This document shows positions 1 through 11,617 of a stretch of 64,000 nucleotides of DNA, one piece after another. Below the pieces are notes generated by a model. That model searched no databases. It worked only from the letters and a program-made list of their open reading frames with translations, and was not told the origin of the DNA. Location of the stretch: assembly GCF_018977255.1 (NCBI RefSeq), contig NW_024704742.1, forward strand, positions 22,136,001-22,200,000. The letters run 5' to 3'. Origin of the DNA: Callorhinchus milii. Its lineage: Eukaryota. Numbering within the stretch: position 1 is the first letter of the stretch; each line of letters begins with the position of its first letter. A program made the position numbers and the translations under genes.

Positions 1-704
1 TAGAAATAAAAGGTTAATATTTAATCAAGAGAAACGACAGGCTATTCGGTTATTTTGGGGGGGGTGGCAGTTCCCCTGATTTTACCTCCCACGGGGAGGC
101 AAAAAGACTGGTCCCCTCCTCTCCAAGGAGTCTAAGACTTTATTTATACTGTATACTAGGCAATACACTGATCTCTGAAACGTTCACGATATCGTTAGTG
201 AGTTGCTAAGTTAGGACTCACAAATGGACAGTGCCAAATGATAAATCAATTTCCAGTAGTGTTAAGGGAATTGAAATCAATTTGAATATACAAACCTTTT
301 TAAACTTAAATGGGCTTTGAATGACATCCAAATTAAATTCCAGCTAGTTTTACGACACTCCCGTAATATTTTATTCTTAATTAAGGCTTTATTCTGTGCC
401 AGTGATGACATTGCTGCAGAGACCATTAACAGCTGCGTGAATGTTGATGTGCAGAAGACATGCTTTAGTTACTAATGCATAGTAAGAGAGTGACTGTCAT
501 TTAAGTTCACAAATTGCATCAATATTTCTCAGATAGAACTGATGTAATATTACCTTGGTATAAATATAAACTTGAGTATAATCTACTACAAATGTAGTTA
601 GTTATACAAGAGTAATATTACAATCAATAGAATGCAACATATGCCTATTTGACAAGTGAAACAAATGTTAGAATAATATTGATCCCAGATCTTGGAAATA
701 CTAC

Positions 705-1075
705 TTTCTGGTCAGCTGGATTCCTGCCACATGCAGAAACCCATCAAACAATACTGAGAGTTCCAGATATTTATGCGACCTACCAATAGAAATTGCCATG
801 TATGGAATGTGTGCATTCTTCCGTGAGAGACACACCTTACTTACCCAATTCCGGAGTTTCAGAGACAGTCTGTGGAGAGCCAAGGCTTGTGGGACCCAAG
901 TGAGTGTTGTGGTCGTGCTGGAATTTAACCAGCTAAAACTGCATAGCTTGCCATCGAGAACACTGGCAAACTTTCAACTACTTTTACAGCTAGGACTACC
1001 TTACTAGTTAAGGCTTTAGTTTGGAGGCTTAACAAGAGCTCGGTGGGAAGAATCCCTTCCCCACCCGAGCTGCCC
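705..1075 (+). repeat. Unclassified interspersed repeat, copy 1
   Basis: Colinear blocks shared with 15124-15530: gtcagctgg…acatgcRgaaacccatca, cttaccYaattc, agagccaaggcttg, tagcttgccatYgag and taggacYaccYtac. Confidence 0.75.
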
Positions 1076-1104
1076 CTAAAAGTCACGCCAAAGTGCCAGG
1101 CTAG

Positions 1105-1400
1105 CTACAACAAATTACATTTGTATTATGCTTTTCACATCAGTAAGACGACCCAAAGGTCTGGACAGCTAAGGATTTGCACTCGAGCTGCGGGTTGAAA
1201 TCAAAAGGGGTTGAGTGTAGCTGAAGGCACAGTCAAAGAGGAAGGTCTTGAGATGGGGCTAGAAGGAGGCAAAGGGAGGGGTCGAGGCAGAGGGATTCCA
1301 GGATGAAGTTCCAGAGGATGTGGGCCGAAAAATGAATGGCTCAAAATGGGAAATAGGAGAAGATAATAAATCAAGCAGCAGGGATTAGAAGATTGAATTT
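1105..1400 (-). mobile_element. L2 LINE 3' fragment, diverged
   Basis: Tail and 3' UTR similar to the 14583 and 33073 copies. Confidence 0.75.
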
Positions 1401-1764
1401 TAAAAGGCTGTAGATTGTAGAAAGAATGGAACACTGAAAAGGGTAGGGTGTTATTTATAGTAATAATCCTTGCATTTGATATAGAACTTTATTATGTCAA
1501 CAAAATGTCTCAGAGCATTTTTAAGAATTTACTAAAAAATGCAGTGATTAGGTAGTTGGAGGCAATATGCCACAAAACACTCATGAAGTAAATAACTATT
1601 GTATTGAGAATAAATTACAGTGATACGCGTTACTACAACATTTGATAGGTTTATGGGATTCTAGGCTCACAAAGAAACTGACATCTCATAACAATTTGAG
1701 TTTGGGAACTAGATACATGACTTCTTTGGAAGCCAATCAGGCCATGACAAATGAACATCAGTCA

Positions 1765-1921
1765 TACTGTGGGACATTGCTGTGCACAAATTGGCTGCTG
1801 CATTAGCCCACAGAAAACAACCACTGCACGTTACGGTATATCCCGTGCAAGCATTTTGGATGTCCTCCCAACATGATAGGTACTATATCAAAATGTAAGG
1901 ATTATTATTATTATTATTATT
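1765..1921 (+). mobile_element. SINE 3' fragment
   Basis: gggacattgctgtgcacaaattggctgc followed by (TTA)n. Similar fragments lie at about 19155-19282, 30963-31060(-), 31920-32075, 34802-34898, 46455-46570 and 52670-52815. Confidence 0.78.
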
Positions 1922-2517
1922 GCAAACCTATGCAGTAATCCCTCAATTCAGCACACTTGGTATATCATGGGGGAGGGGGATTGGCAACATTTCATAACTG
2001 ATAATTATCGTATCGAACATATTATAAAATGGCAGAATTTCAGTTCCTAATTATCAACTGGTTTCAAGTCTGCGCATCACTTTGGCACAATCGTTTGTTC
2101 CGAGGAGCTTTTCAAAAACTGTTTGACTGTCATCCTCGTTTGGAACTGAGCGAAAATGGAAGAACCACTTGTATGAGCTCAGAGGCAGTCCATAAGCTTT
2201 GCAGGATATCAGCTGATTTAAGTTGATATTCTATGTTTCAATGCTCAACCATGGAGTTCTCCACCATCAGAAGGAGGTGTTCAATGAGGTGTTCATCATT
2301 TATTATTATTTGAAATTACACTACAAGTGTTATAAATAGGATGCATTAAGGCTAGTAATATTGTACAATAATGATCATCGCTTGTGAGGTTGGAGAAAAC
2401 AATTTATAATTGTCATTTATGAATTCATTGTACACCTTGCAAGTGAAAAATAATCTTATTACATTATTGGCAATGATATAATCTCTACAGGTGAAAAAAT
2501 TAGGGAAAGCAATTCAT

Positions 2518-4565
2518 CCGTGGCTAACTAGAGCGCAGTTAGGGAAAGCATCAGATTAAAAGAAAAGGCTTATAAAACTGCCAAGAAAAGCAGCAAATCT
2601 GAAGATTGGGAGAGTTTTAGAAACCAGCAAAATAAAACTAAAAAACTCATTAAGAGCGAGAAAAAGGAGTATGAGGGTAAACTAGCTAGGAACATTAAGT
2701 CTGATTGCAAAAGTTTTTACAAATATATTAAGAGGAATAGGCTAGTGAGGGTAAATGTTGGTCCACTTCAGTCAGAGACAGGAGAAGTTGTAATGGGGGA
2801 TAAGGACATGGCAGAGTCCCTAAATGGGTACTTTGCATCTGTCTTCTCCCTAGAAGACAAACAAGTCTGCCAACAATAGAGAGGCACCAAAGGGATAAGG
2901 ACAGGGAGCAACTTAGGGAAATTTTCATTAGTAGAGAATTGGTGCTAGGGAAACTGTTAGCACTAAAAAGTGACAAATCCCCTGGTCCGGATGGCTTGCA
3001 TTCCAGGGTTTTAAAAGAGGTAGCTTATGAGATAGTGGAGGCCTTGTGTCTGATCTTCCAAAATTCCTTGGATTCTGGAACAGTCCCCATGGATTGGAAG
3101 ATCACAAATGTCACACCACTATTTAAAAAAGGTGGAAAGGAAAAGATGGGGAACTATAGGCCAGTTAGTCTCACATCAGTGATAGGAAAATTTTAGAATC
3201 ATTGATTAAGGATGTGGTAGTGCGGTATTTAGGGGAGCACAATATAATTAGGCCAAGTCAACATGGCTTTACAAAAGGGAAGTCATGTTTGACAAATCTC
3301 ATAGAGTTTTTTGAGGATATTTCCAGTAAACTAGATAAGGGTGAATCAGTGGATGTGGTCTATTTGGACTTCCAGAAGGCATTCGATAAGGTGCCGCATA
3401 AAAGGTTAGTCCAAAAGATAAGGGCCCATGGAATTGGGGGGAGCATATTAATGTGGATTGGGGAATGGTTAACGGGTAGGAAACAAAGAGTAGGGATAAA
3501 CGGGTCCTTTTCAGATTGGCGGGATGTGACTAGTGGAGTGCCACAAGGATCAGTCCTTGGGCCTCAGCTATTTACCATCTACATCAACGATCTAGATGAG
3601 GACATCAAAGTTAATATATCTAAATTCGCAGATGACACAAAACTAGGAGGAAGTGTCAACACAGAGGATGACATTAAAAAAATGCAGCGAGACATAGATA
3701 GGTTAGGTGATTGGGCAGGTAGGTGGCAGATGAAGTATAATGTAGGGAAGTGCGAAGTCATCCACCTAGGTAGCAAAAACAGTAGAGCGGGTTATTTTTT
3801 AGAAGGGGAGAGATTGGAATGTGTTAGCGTCCAGAGGGACTTGGGTGTCCTTGTACACCAATCACAGAAAGTTAGTCTGCAGGTGCAGCAGCAATTAGGA
3901 AGGCGAACGGTATGTTAGCATTCATTATGAAAGGATTAGAGTATAAGAGTAGGGAAGTCTTGCTGCAACTGTATAGGGCCCTGGTGAGACCACACCTGGA
4001 ATACTGTGTGCAGTTTTGGTCTCCTTATTTAAGGAAGGATGTACTTGCCTTGGAGGGGGTGCAGCGTAGATTTACTAGGTTAGTACCAGGGATGAAGGGG
4101 ATGAGTTACGAGGATAGGCTGACCAATTTGGGCCTATATTCTCTAGAATATAGAAGAATTAGAGGGGATCTTATAGAAACCTATAAGATCATCAAAGGGC
4201 ATGATAGAGTAGATAGTGGGAGATTGTTTCCCCTGGTTGGAGAAACTAAAACCAGGGGTCACAACCTTAAAATCAGAGGCCAGCCCTTTCGCACTGAGTT
4301 GAGGAAGAACTTCTTCACTCAAAGGGTGGTGAATGTATGGAACTCGTTACCCCAAAGGGCTGTTGACGTTCAGTCCTTGAACATATTCAAGACTGAGATA
4401 GATATATTTCTTATTGCAAAAGGAATTAAGAGATACGGGGATAAGGCAGGGTTATGGTATTAGCTGGAGTATAATTTCGAAGATCAGCCATGATTGAATG
4501 GTGGGACAGGTTCGAAGGGCCAAATGGCCTACTCCTGCTCCAATATGTTATGTTTATGTTATGTT
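2518..4565 (+). mobile_element. CR1-clade LINE, 5'-truncated, young; ORF2 RT domain, 3' UTR and (ATGTT)n tail; 11-bp TSD
   Basis: ORFs 2939..3196, 3202..3918 and 3912..4463 carry KSPGPDG, NYRPVSLTS, YLDFQKAFDKV, SGVPQGSVLGP, KFADDTKL and RPHLEYCVQFWSP. The 3' end is gggccaaatggcctactcctgctcc plus atgtt repeats. AAGCAATTCAT is duplicated at 2507-2517 and 4566-4576. Confidence 0.95.
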
Positions 4566-6269
4566 AAGCAATTCATTAGCTTTTAAAGTGTTGTCATGAA
4601 TTCACTTGAGCTTTGTCCCTGATTATCACAGGAGTACTTTATTCAAATAAATGTACCTCTTACATGTCATAATTGGCAGAGGGGATATCAGACCACTTGT
4701 GATAACGTTAACTGTTTCTGAAACATAAAAAATAAATGCAAAACAGGAAATCTGAATGCATTTTATTGCATAGCAACTTTACTGATTGAACACTGTTCAA
4801 ATGCATCATAGTTAAAACCACTCCAGGGCACATCGGCTTTAAGTGCCATAAGATGGCAAACCAAAGGTCTTCAATCTTAATCTTTGTATTTGTTTAGGCT
4901 TAAATGTGTAAAAATCACATTTTGTATTTAAGATTTATTGTAGCTGACAATTAAGGTAGCTAGCCTTTTTTTTCAAAACACAATAATTTGTTGACAGTAA
5001 AATTGGAACAAAACAAATGATTCTTGTCTTAGCTACGGATTTTGGCAAGTTGAATTCCCAGTCCTGTGACAAATATGATAGCATAATTATACATGTTCTG
5101 AAGTTTCCACATTCTTTTTCTGAGGCGCTGTTCACTATATTTTGTTAACTAACTCCTTTCTCTTTGCAAAAAGTATCATAATAAATCTTTAACATCTGAA
5201 GAATAAATAGAATAAAATATCTATAAAACTACATTTGAGTACCATCTCATCTTATTGGATAAATTACAGTAGAGTTCCTCTCAATAGTTTGTTAATTAAT
5301 TATGAGATAGATATGTGTTCTGTATTAACTAATTAGAGATTTATTTACATATTTGTAACTGAAAAGTATTGTCAATATCAAGTTGTACTTCCACATGAAA
5401 CACTTTATAAAGGTAGAGGAAGGGTGCATGAGGATGATGGCCAAAAGTATGGTCAAAGAGATGGGTTGTGAGAAGATTTTAGGATATTTTTGAAGACAGG
5501 GAGAAAGAAGGTGGAACGTGAATAGATTTTGTGTGCGAGACAGTGAGTTCTTAATTGCAGCACAAACTATCAATAAAGATAACAATGATAGTGAATGGAC
5601 AATTGTAAAATACCAATTGTTTACAACCCATCAAGGCCACGTACACAGAATTTCTAAAATCAACAGAATAACATCTCAGAAGGCTTCAAAGAGGTAGGGT
5701 TGGATGCTGAATTAGGGGGAAAGGGGGAGGAAGGTGGCCTCAGATGCGGTCAAAATTATAGGTTTTGAAGTGGGATTTCAAGATTTCAAGGTGGAGGAAT
5801 GGAGGAAGAGAGTTCCAGAGACTGGGGGAATAATGACTGAATATTAATACTGGTATACACTGCAGAGGGTCATAGATTTGATTTCTGATCAATAATAAGT
5901 TAACTTTTTTAAAACTATTCTCAGCTAGACCAGTAGTTGGATGCTAGAATTAAACTCAAACCCTAGATTAGGAAGGGGAACATCCCAGCAGTATACGTAT
6001 TCCAGATCGTGTCCAGTGATCACAGCATATTTCTGGGTGATAACAGAATCAACGTCAGCTCTGATACCCTCTCCAATCAAATACCTTGCCGACATACAAC
6101 TGGCCACACACACAAAGAATTGCCACTTGGATCAGATATCAGAGAGGTACGCAGCCTGTATAACTGTATTCCAGCAGAATTAAAAGGAATAAAAAAAATC
6201 CCCCAATAATTGTTAATTACTAAACTCATCAGATTAGCTCGCAGAACCAATATGAAATCTCACCATATT

Positions 6270-6835
6270 GTTTGACACACTCCACCTCCCCCACCACCTT
6301 TCTTTATGCCTTTATCCAGTCCCCCCTCTACGATTCACATGCTCCAGATCATCCAGAACTCCACAGCTTGAATTCTCTGCCAAACAAGCCCACCACTACA
6401 TTCTTACTCCCTTTCCCAGCGGATCAATTTCAAGAGCTTCATCCATACCTTTAAGTACCTCCATACCTTGCCCCACCATATCTCCTGTGTGGAGGTGATG
6501 AGATCACCTGTAGTCTTACTCCTTGTCCACTCCCTATGCTCTGCCAGCTGTGGATCTGCTTTATGTCCCCTATGCTCACCATTGGCAGTGAGCTTTCAGA
6601 CCGTTTGCCTTCATTCTCTTGAACTCTCTTCTGAAATACCTCCACCTCCCTCCCTCTTCAGTATTCAAAATCTATTTAAATAAAAACAATGTTTTTAACT
6701 GCCTTTGATCACCTACTGCCTATCCTTAATCCCCACACACCCCCACCACCCAACTAGCCTGGGCTCCGTCTCTGTAAATGCTTTGAGACACAATCCTTTA
6801 GATGAAAGGTGCTTTCCAAGTTAAATTGATGTTGA
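6270..6835 (+). mobile_element. Old L2 fragment
   Basis: Pyrimidine-rich body ending in tgtaaatgctttgagacac…tgaaaggtgct, an L2-type tail. Confidence 0.55.
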
Positions 6836-8520
6836 TGATCTGAGACAGATCAAATATCATCAATAGAAATTAAGTTATTAACTGAGTTTTACTGAATCCA
6901 TATTAGTGAACACAATCATCACAGTTTTCAACCATATTTTTTTTAATTCAGTGCCCAGTACAAATAGGCCTCGTGATTTTTTCAAGTCAGTTCTATCTAC
7001 AAAGTCATTGTTATGCACTACTTTATTAAAAATATGATCAGAAATAGAAAGAAATTGAAAGGATATTTACAATTCTTTGAAACTGTTTGACTAATGGATA
7101 CTAAGGTTTATTTGGTTCAGATTAAGCAAACTTTTTTTTAAAAAAATTAAGTACTTTATAAATATAAATCCCCAAACACATTATCATTTTTAATGTGAAA
7201 TTGTGATGGAAGACAATAACTATCTTGGTGGCATTAATTTCATGTTTTATTTATCCAGATTTGTGTTGCCTCACTGCCTTTGGTTTGTATTATGACAGTT
7301 TGCTTTTAATTTATTTTGCAAATGACTTCATGACATGACAAAGAGTGATCTGAATTATCTTTGGGGATTCTACACTTCTAAGACAAGTAGATTAGCATTC
7401 ACAGCAATGTTCACCCATCTTTTAATTGCTACAGAACATTCTTTTCTTTCCAACTCTCATCTCTGTAGGCTGAAATTTAAGCAATGATGATTACATGTAT
7501 GTACTGTGCTGGGAACTGAGGAAAGGTTTTTTTTAGATTGAAGAACACACAACCTATCCTGTTTTCTGGTTCAGTGCATGGGGAAAGCATTGTTATTCAA
7601 TTACACTTTAGTTAGATGTTGGATGGAAATTACTGTAATGATAATGTCTAAATTCATTGTATTATCTTGTTATTATCTGGCAAACAATGTTGGGATTCTT
7701 GTTTGAAAATGACAATGCTGTAATTATGGTGTACAATATAACTAGTCTCAAAGATCTCTGCCTCATTTGAAAACAAACATGGAACACCTTCATGCAACTA
7801 TGACATTGTAAATAAGTTACATAAATAAATTATGAAAAATGTAAATGGGTCCTGAGTACTATGAGGAGATAAACAATCAGAGCCAGAATACCACCAATGG
7901 AAGCTACAACTTAAAAACAGAGTCATATTGAATCAACAACTCTACAACGTAACAAAAGTTTCCAGCAGTTTCAAAATTAGCATGCACAAAACATACCTAG
8001 TTTCTCCTAATATAGATTTGGAATGGACACAATGATGTGTAGATGGATGAATGACCAAAATGCTTTGTTGACAAATCCCAAATGTTGCAAACAAAACACA
8101 AAGTAAATATCACTTGGGATTAAAACACAGTAATAGTTTGTAAGTGAACAATATTGTCTGGAAGGTTTATTTTATTGTGTTAGGATTTTAAAGTGGATTA
8201 TTTCAGGATAACCTTCAGCAATAAGAGTGAATTGAGACAACTTTAAAACGTATCAGTTTTTAAGTGTTTCTTAGTCACTTCAAAGCATTACAATGATTAG
8301 ATTGAAAGGCAAATTGACTAATAAAAGCCTGGGAGCATTAACCTGGGCTTTAAGACTTCAAATCTCACTACCGTGGCCTCCTTAAAAGTTAGGAATTAAT
8401 GGGAAAAATAACAGCTTCTATTCAGTTTTGATGAGATTTTTCTAGATCTCTTTCTCATCAGCAAACATGCAAAGAATTNAAAAAGAGTAAGAGATTGTTA
8501 TATGCAGGAAAGTGCTGAGA

Positions 8521-8595
8521 TACAGGGGAACCCTGTTATAGCACCATTCAATATAGTGCTGTCTCACTTATAGCATAGGTTTTCTGTGGACCTGA
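8521..8595 (+). mobile_element. Possible Tc1/mariner-Tigger terminal remnant
   Basis: TA + CAGGGGAACCCTGTTATAGC resembles Tigger-type TIRs. A similar end reads TACAGTGGATCTCTGTTATAA on the minus strand at about 41879-41899, and a mariner-like TACAGGGTGACCAAAAAGT lies at about 9936-9954. Confidence 0.35.
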
Positions 8596-8828
8596 AATTG
8601 GTCTTCAATTGCACCTCATCAAGAACATGGCCAACTGTGACTGAACCCAACTAACATGTGTTACAGTATAAAGGCAATATAATATTTTCTGTAGTTGTTG
8701 GGAACATTGTAGTTGATCTGTTGAAAAGCATCATTCTATACTTTCAGATATCAGAGTAACCACCTACATCATTCCAAAAAAGCTCTCAAAAGAAGAAATA
8801 CTTATGAAGCCACAGTAATTGTGCTTAC

Positions 8829-8912
8829 CTGACCTACAATGAGTGGAACCACAACTGTCATGAATAGCTGAGAAAATATTGATGTAAAAGGCACTGAAGA
8901 AGAAGAGCCAAG
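8829..8912 (-). CDS. SLC10A7: SLC10A7 coding exon, 84 nt, exon 7 in human numbering
   Basis: Minus strand reads tttgtttctgcag|CTT GGC TCT...GGT CAG|gtaagc = [28 protein letters not shown] (inside ORF 8802..9011). Canonical splice sites, phase 0-0. Confidence 0.97.
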
Positions 8913-9134
8913 CTGCAGAAACAAAAAAAACAACGTTTGGCAATAATCAACAGTAAGAATCCGTGACAAAACAACTGAACGTGCAATAGTAAAAGTGAAA
9001 GGAAAACACACAGGGCTAAATTGCAGTTAAGATTTTTTTTTTATTTTTACATGGAGCAACTGTTTATTCGTTTCTAGCCTGAAATAATTATTTTGCAACA
9101 CTATTTTAAAAAAAAAATATTTTTTATGCCTTTT

Positions 9135-9445
9135 CAACAATACAACAGCTTGCATTTATACAGCGCCATTCACATACAGTTATGTCGGAACACTTCACAG
9201 GGAAGGGGTTGGATGCCAAGCAAGACGGGGAGGAGGGCAAGATGGCCAAAGGGTTGTAAGAAGAAACAGGATTTGAGGTGGGACTGAAATACCAAAAGAG
9301 GGGTAAGATGGAGTGGTAGAGAAACAGAGGTCCAGAGTTTAAAGGCACAGAAACTGAAGGCCAACGAATGGTCGAACAGAGAGTGGGGGCTGGGCAGCAA
9401 GACCAAGGTATCTGAGCGGAGGAGGTGAGCAGAAGAGTAGGGAAG
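9135..9445 (-). mobile_element. L2 LINE 3' fragment in the 907-bp intron
   Basis: Tail acaacagcttgcatttatacagcgcc with a purine-rich body like the other minus-strand L2 copies. Confidence 0.7.
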
Positions 9446-9819
9446 AACATATTTGATTTGTTTTACTCTGCATGTTTTCTTTTAAAAGTCTGTTTATATT
9501 ACAAATAAATATGTATCACCCCTTTACAGAATGTATAATGATTTTATTCATTAAAGTAAAAAGCAATACAAGTTGAATGGAAAATGGTAAACTGAGTGAA
9601 TTCAATTTAAATGGAAAGACAGCAAACATACTCAATTTGTGCACATACTTTATCTCAAGATTTTGCATTTTGTTGTAATAATGGTACACACAGTTTTATG
9701 AACTGAAAATCAAATTTAGTGCGACAGGAAAATAAGTTACCGAGTTAAAATGAAAATATGAAGCATGAAGCTATATTTTTTTTGTTATACATAAATAGTA
9801 ATATAAAATATCAACTTAC

Positions 9820-9855
9820 AAACAGAAGTAGTAGTAGTGGCGTGATAATAATTCC
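9820..9855 (-). CDS. SLC10A7: SLC10A7 coding exon, 36 nt, exon 6 in human numbering
   Basis: Minus strand reads ctctgtttcag|GGA ATT ATT ATC ACG CCA CTA CTA CTA CTT CTG TTT|gtaagt = GIIITPLLLLLF (human GIVITPLLLLLF as recalled). It continues in frame from the previous exon. Confidence 0.96.
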
Positions 9856-10104
9856 CTGAAACAGAGAGGATTAAGAATGGTGTACATTGTTCATGTAAAA
9901 ATTTATATTTTTCTTGAATAAGATTTTTGTCCTTATACAGGGTGACCAAAAAGTCATGATAACTACCCTATTATCTAAAAGAAAATTCTTTAAGACTTAT
10001 TAGATGTTGTAATGGTATCACAACTTGTCATCCTGTAGAATTGATTCCGTTCAGGTTGAGAATCTTTTAAGATCTAGAATATTCAAATGTTACACTTTTA
10101 TTAT

Positions 10105-10560
10105 TTCCAGGTTTGCTTATGCCAATGATCTGCTTGCCGGACTTCCCAGCTCGTTCCTGCACAGGTTGCAAAATATCCAGAACTCTGCAGCCTATGACCT
10201 CTCACATACCAGGCTTCATGAGCCTATCACTCCCATCCTTTCTTGGCTCTACTGGCTCTCCATCCCCGAGTGGATCGAGTTCAAGATCCTTGTTCTCTTA
10301 ATTCCCTCCATGGTCCTGCCCCACCACACCTCTGCAACTTTCTTCACCTATACAGGTCCGGCTGTTCCCTTTGCTTGCCCGAAACTGGCTTACAGGACCC
10401 GCTCTATCCGCATCAATATCAGCAGGTGGGTTTTCACCCACATGATGCTCACCTCGCTAGACATCTCCCTAGATCGTTTGACATGCTCCCTCCCTTCCAG
10501 TACACATCCCGAATTGTCTGGTGTGAAAGGTGCTATACAAGTGTAAATTGTATTGTAAAT
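10105..10560 (+). mobile_element. L2 LINE 3' fragment
   Basis: ORF 10025..10546 encodes SRFAYANDLLAGLPSSFLHRLQNIQNSAA…PITPILSWLYWL…IEFKIL. Tail gtgaaaggtgctatacaagtgtaa. Confidence 0.85.
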
Positions 10561-11479
10561 TGATTTGACCTTTACGTTACCACTATGTGTATTCATTATA
10601 AATTGCTAATGGAATTATTGGTCATAGTTCTGAAATCTGAAGGTTTACAGGGGACTGGGTGCTGCAATAGGTTAGCACATAGATTTTTCACCTCTGAAAC
10701 ACAAATTCAAATCTAGTCTGGGCAGAGGGAACAAACTATTACATTCTTTGTTAGGTGGAAATGATTTAGTCTTCATCTTGTTCAAAGAGAGAATAAATAC
10801 TTATTCTTTGTTTTATATGAAAATGTAACTGTCAATCTCACAAAGAGAAGCAATGAGGATGGCATGGATGCTGAAAGAAAATCACCTTTCAAAACAGAAG
10901 CTCAGGCACAGTATTGGTAAAAGACAAAAGAAAAAGAGAGCTTTATTCCACATCAGAGCTGCAAAAACTTAAGGATAAGAAAGGACAAAAGACAAACCAA
11001 AGCTTTATTCCACATTGGACCTGGGAACATTGAGGATGGGTTAAAACACAATGGGTTAGAAATCCATCTAGTGCTAGATTTACTCTATTTAGGGAGCAAT
11101 TCAGAGCGTCCAGAATTTGTCAACTCTTAAAAGCAGTCTTAAATTTGAATCAGGTTTATTTGAAGACCATAGAAAACCAGCTTCAAAGTTAAAACTGAAT
11201 TGAACAATTTGTCAAATTCTGTACATTGTGAAATACTAAGAAAAAGTAAATCTAGACCCAAGTGGAATGTCTCCCACATTGCCAGCTAACAAAGAAGGCA
11301 ATAGTTTGTTCCCTCTGCCCAGACAGGATTTGAACTTGTGTTTCAGAGGTGAAAAATCTATGTGCTAACCTATTAGAGTACACAGTCCACTGTGAACCTT
11401 CCGATTTCAGAAATATGACCAATAATTCCATTGGCAATTTATAATGAATACATATAACAGTAATGTAAAGGTCAAATCA
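10561..11479. repeat. Long inverted repeat: 203-bp arms at 10561-10763 and 11277-11479, 513-bp spacer
   Basis: Manual alignment of the left arm to the reverse complement of the right arm is ungapped, with about 21 mismatches (about 90% identity). Confidence 0.95.
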
Positions 11480-11617
11480 TTGCTGGAGGAAGGAGAGATT
11501 TATTCTACATTAGATCTGGGATTACTCAGTGAATACTTTTGCCGTAAAATCTCAGAAAAGTGTTCAACATTTCCAATTATGGATATCGCTCAACTTCATG
11601 AGCACATCAATTCATCC
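10650..11617 (+). mobile_element. Ancient LF-SINE/AmnSINE2-like element, rearranged
   Basis: Head ggggactgggtg…tttcacctctg…ttcaaatc, middle caatctcacaaagagaagc…aggcac…agctttattccacatc, and 3' end aaagtgttc…atcgctcaacttcatgagcac at 11555-11617. Assigned from recalled consensus. A second piece lies at about 39205-39325(-). Confidence 0.55.

Noticed and set aside
3202..4463. Stand-alone reverse transcriptase gene or retron-like system
   Set aside because: Motifs, 3' UTR, tail and TSD identify an ordinary 5'-truncated CR1 LINE.
4846..4858. CTCF-like CCATAAGATGGCA
   Set aside because: It mismatches the core at conserved positions and is too weak without binding data.
5860..6190. Possible ancient SINE-like repeat (also about 23080-23320 and 54800-55020)
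   Set aside because: It looks repeat-derived, but I could not align copies within the window or assign a family with confidence.
8913..9011. N-terminal part of ORF 8802..9011 as coding
   Set aside because: SLC10A7 similarity is limited to 8829-8912. The rest is polypyrimidine tract and intron.
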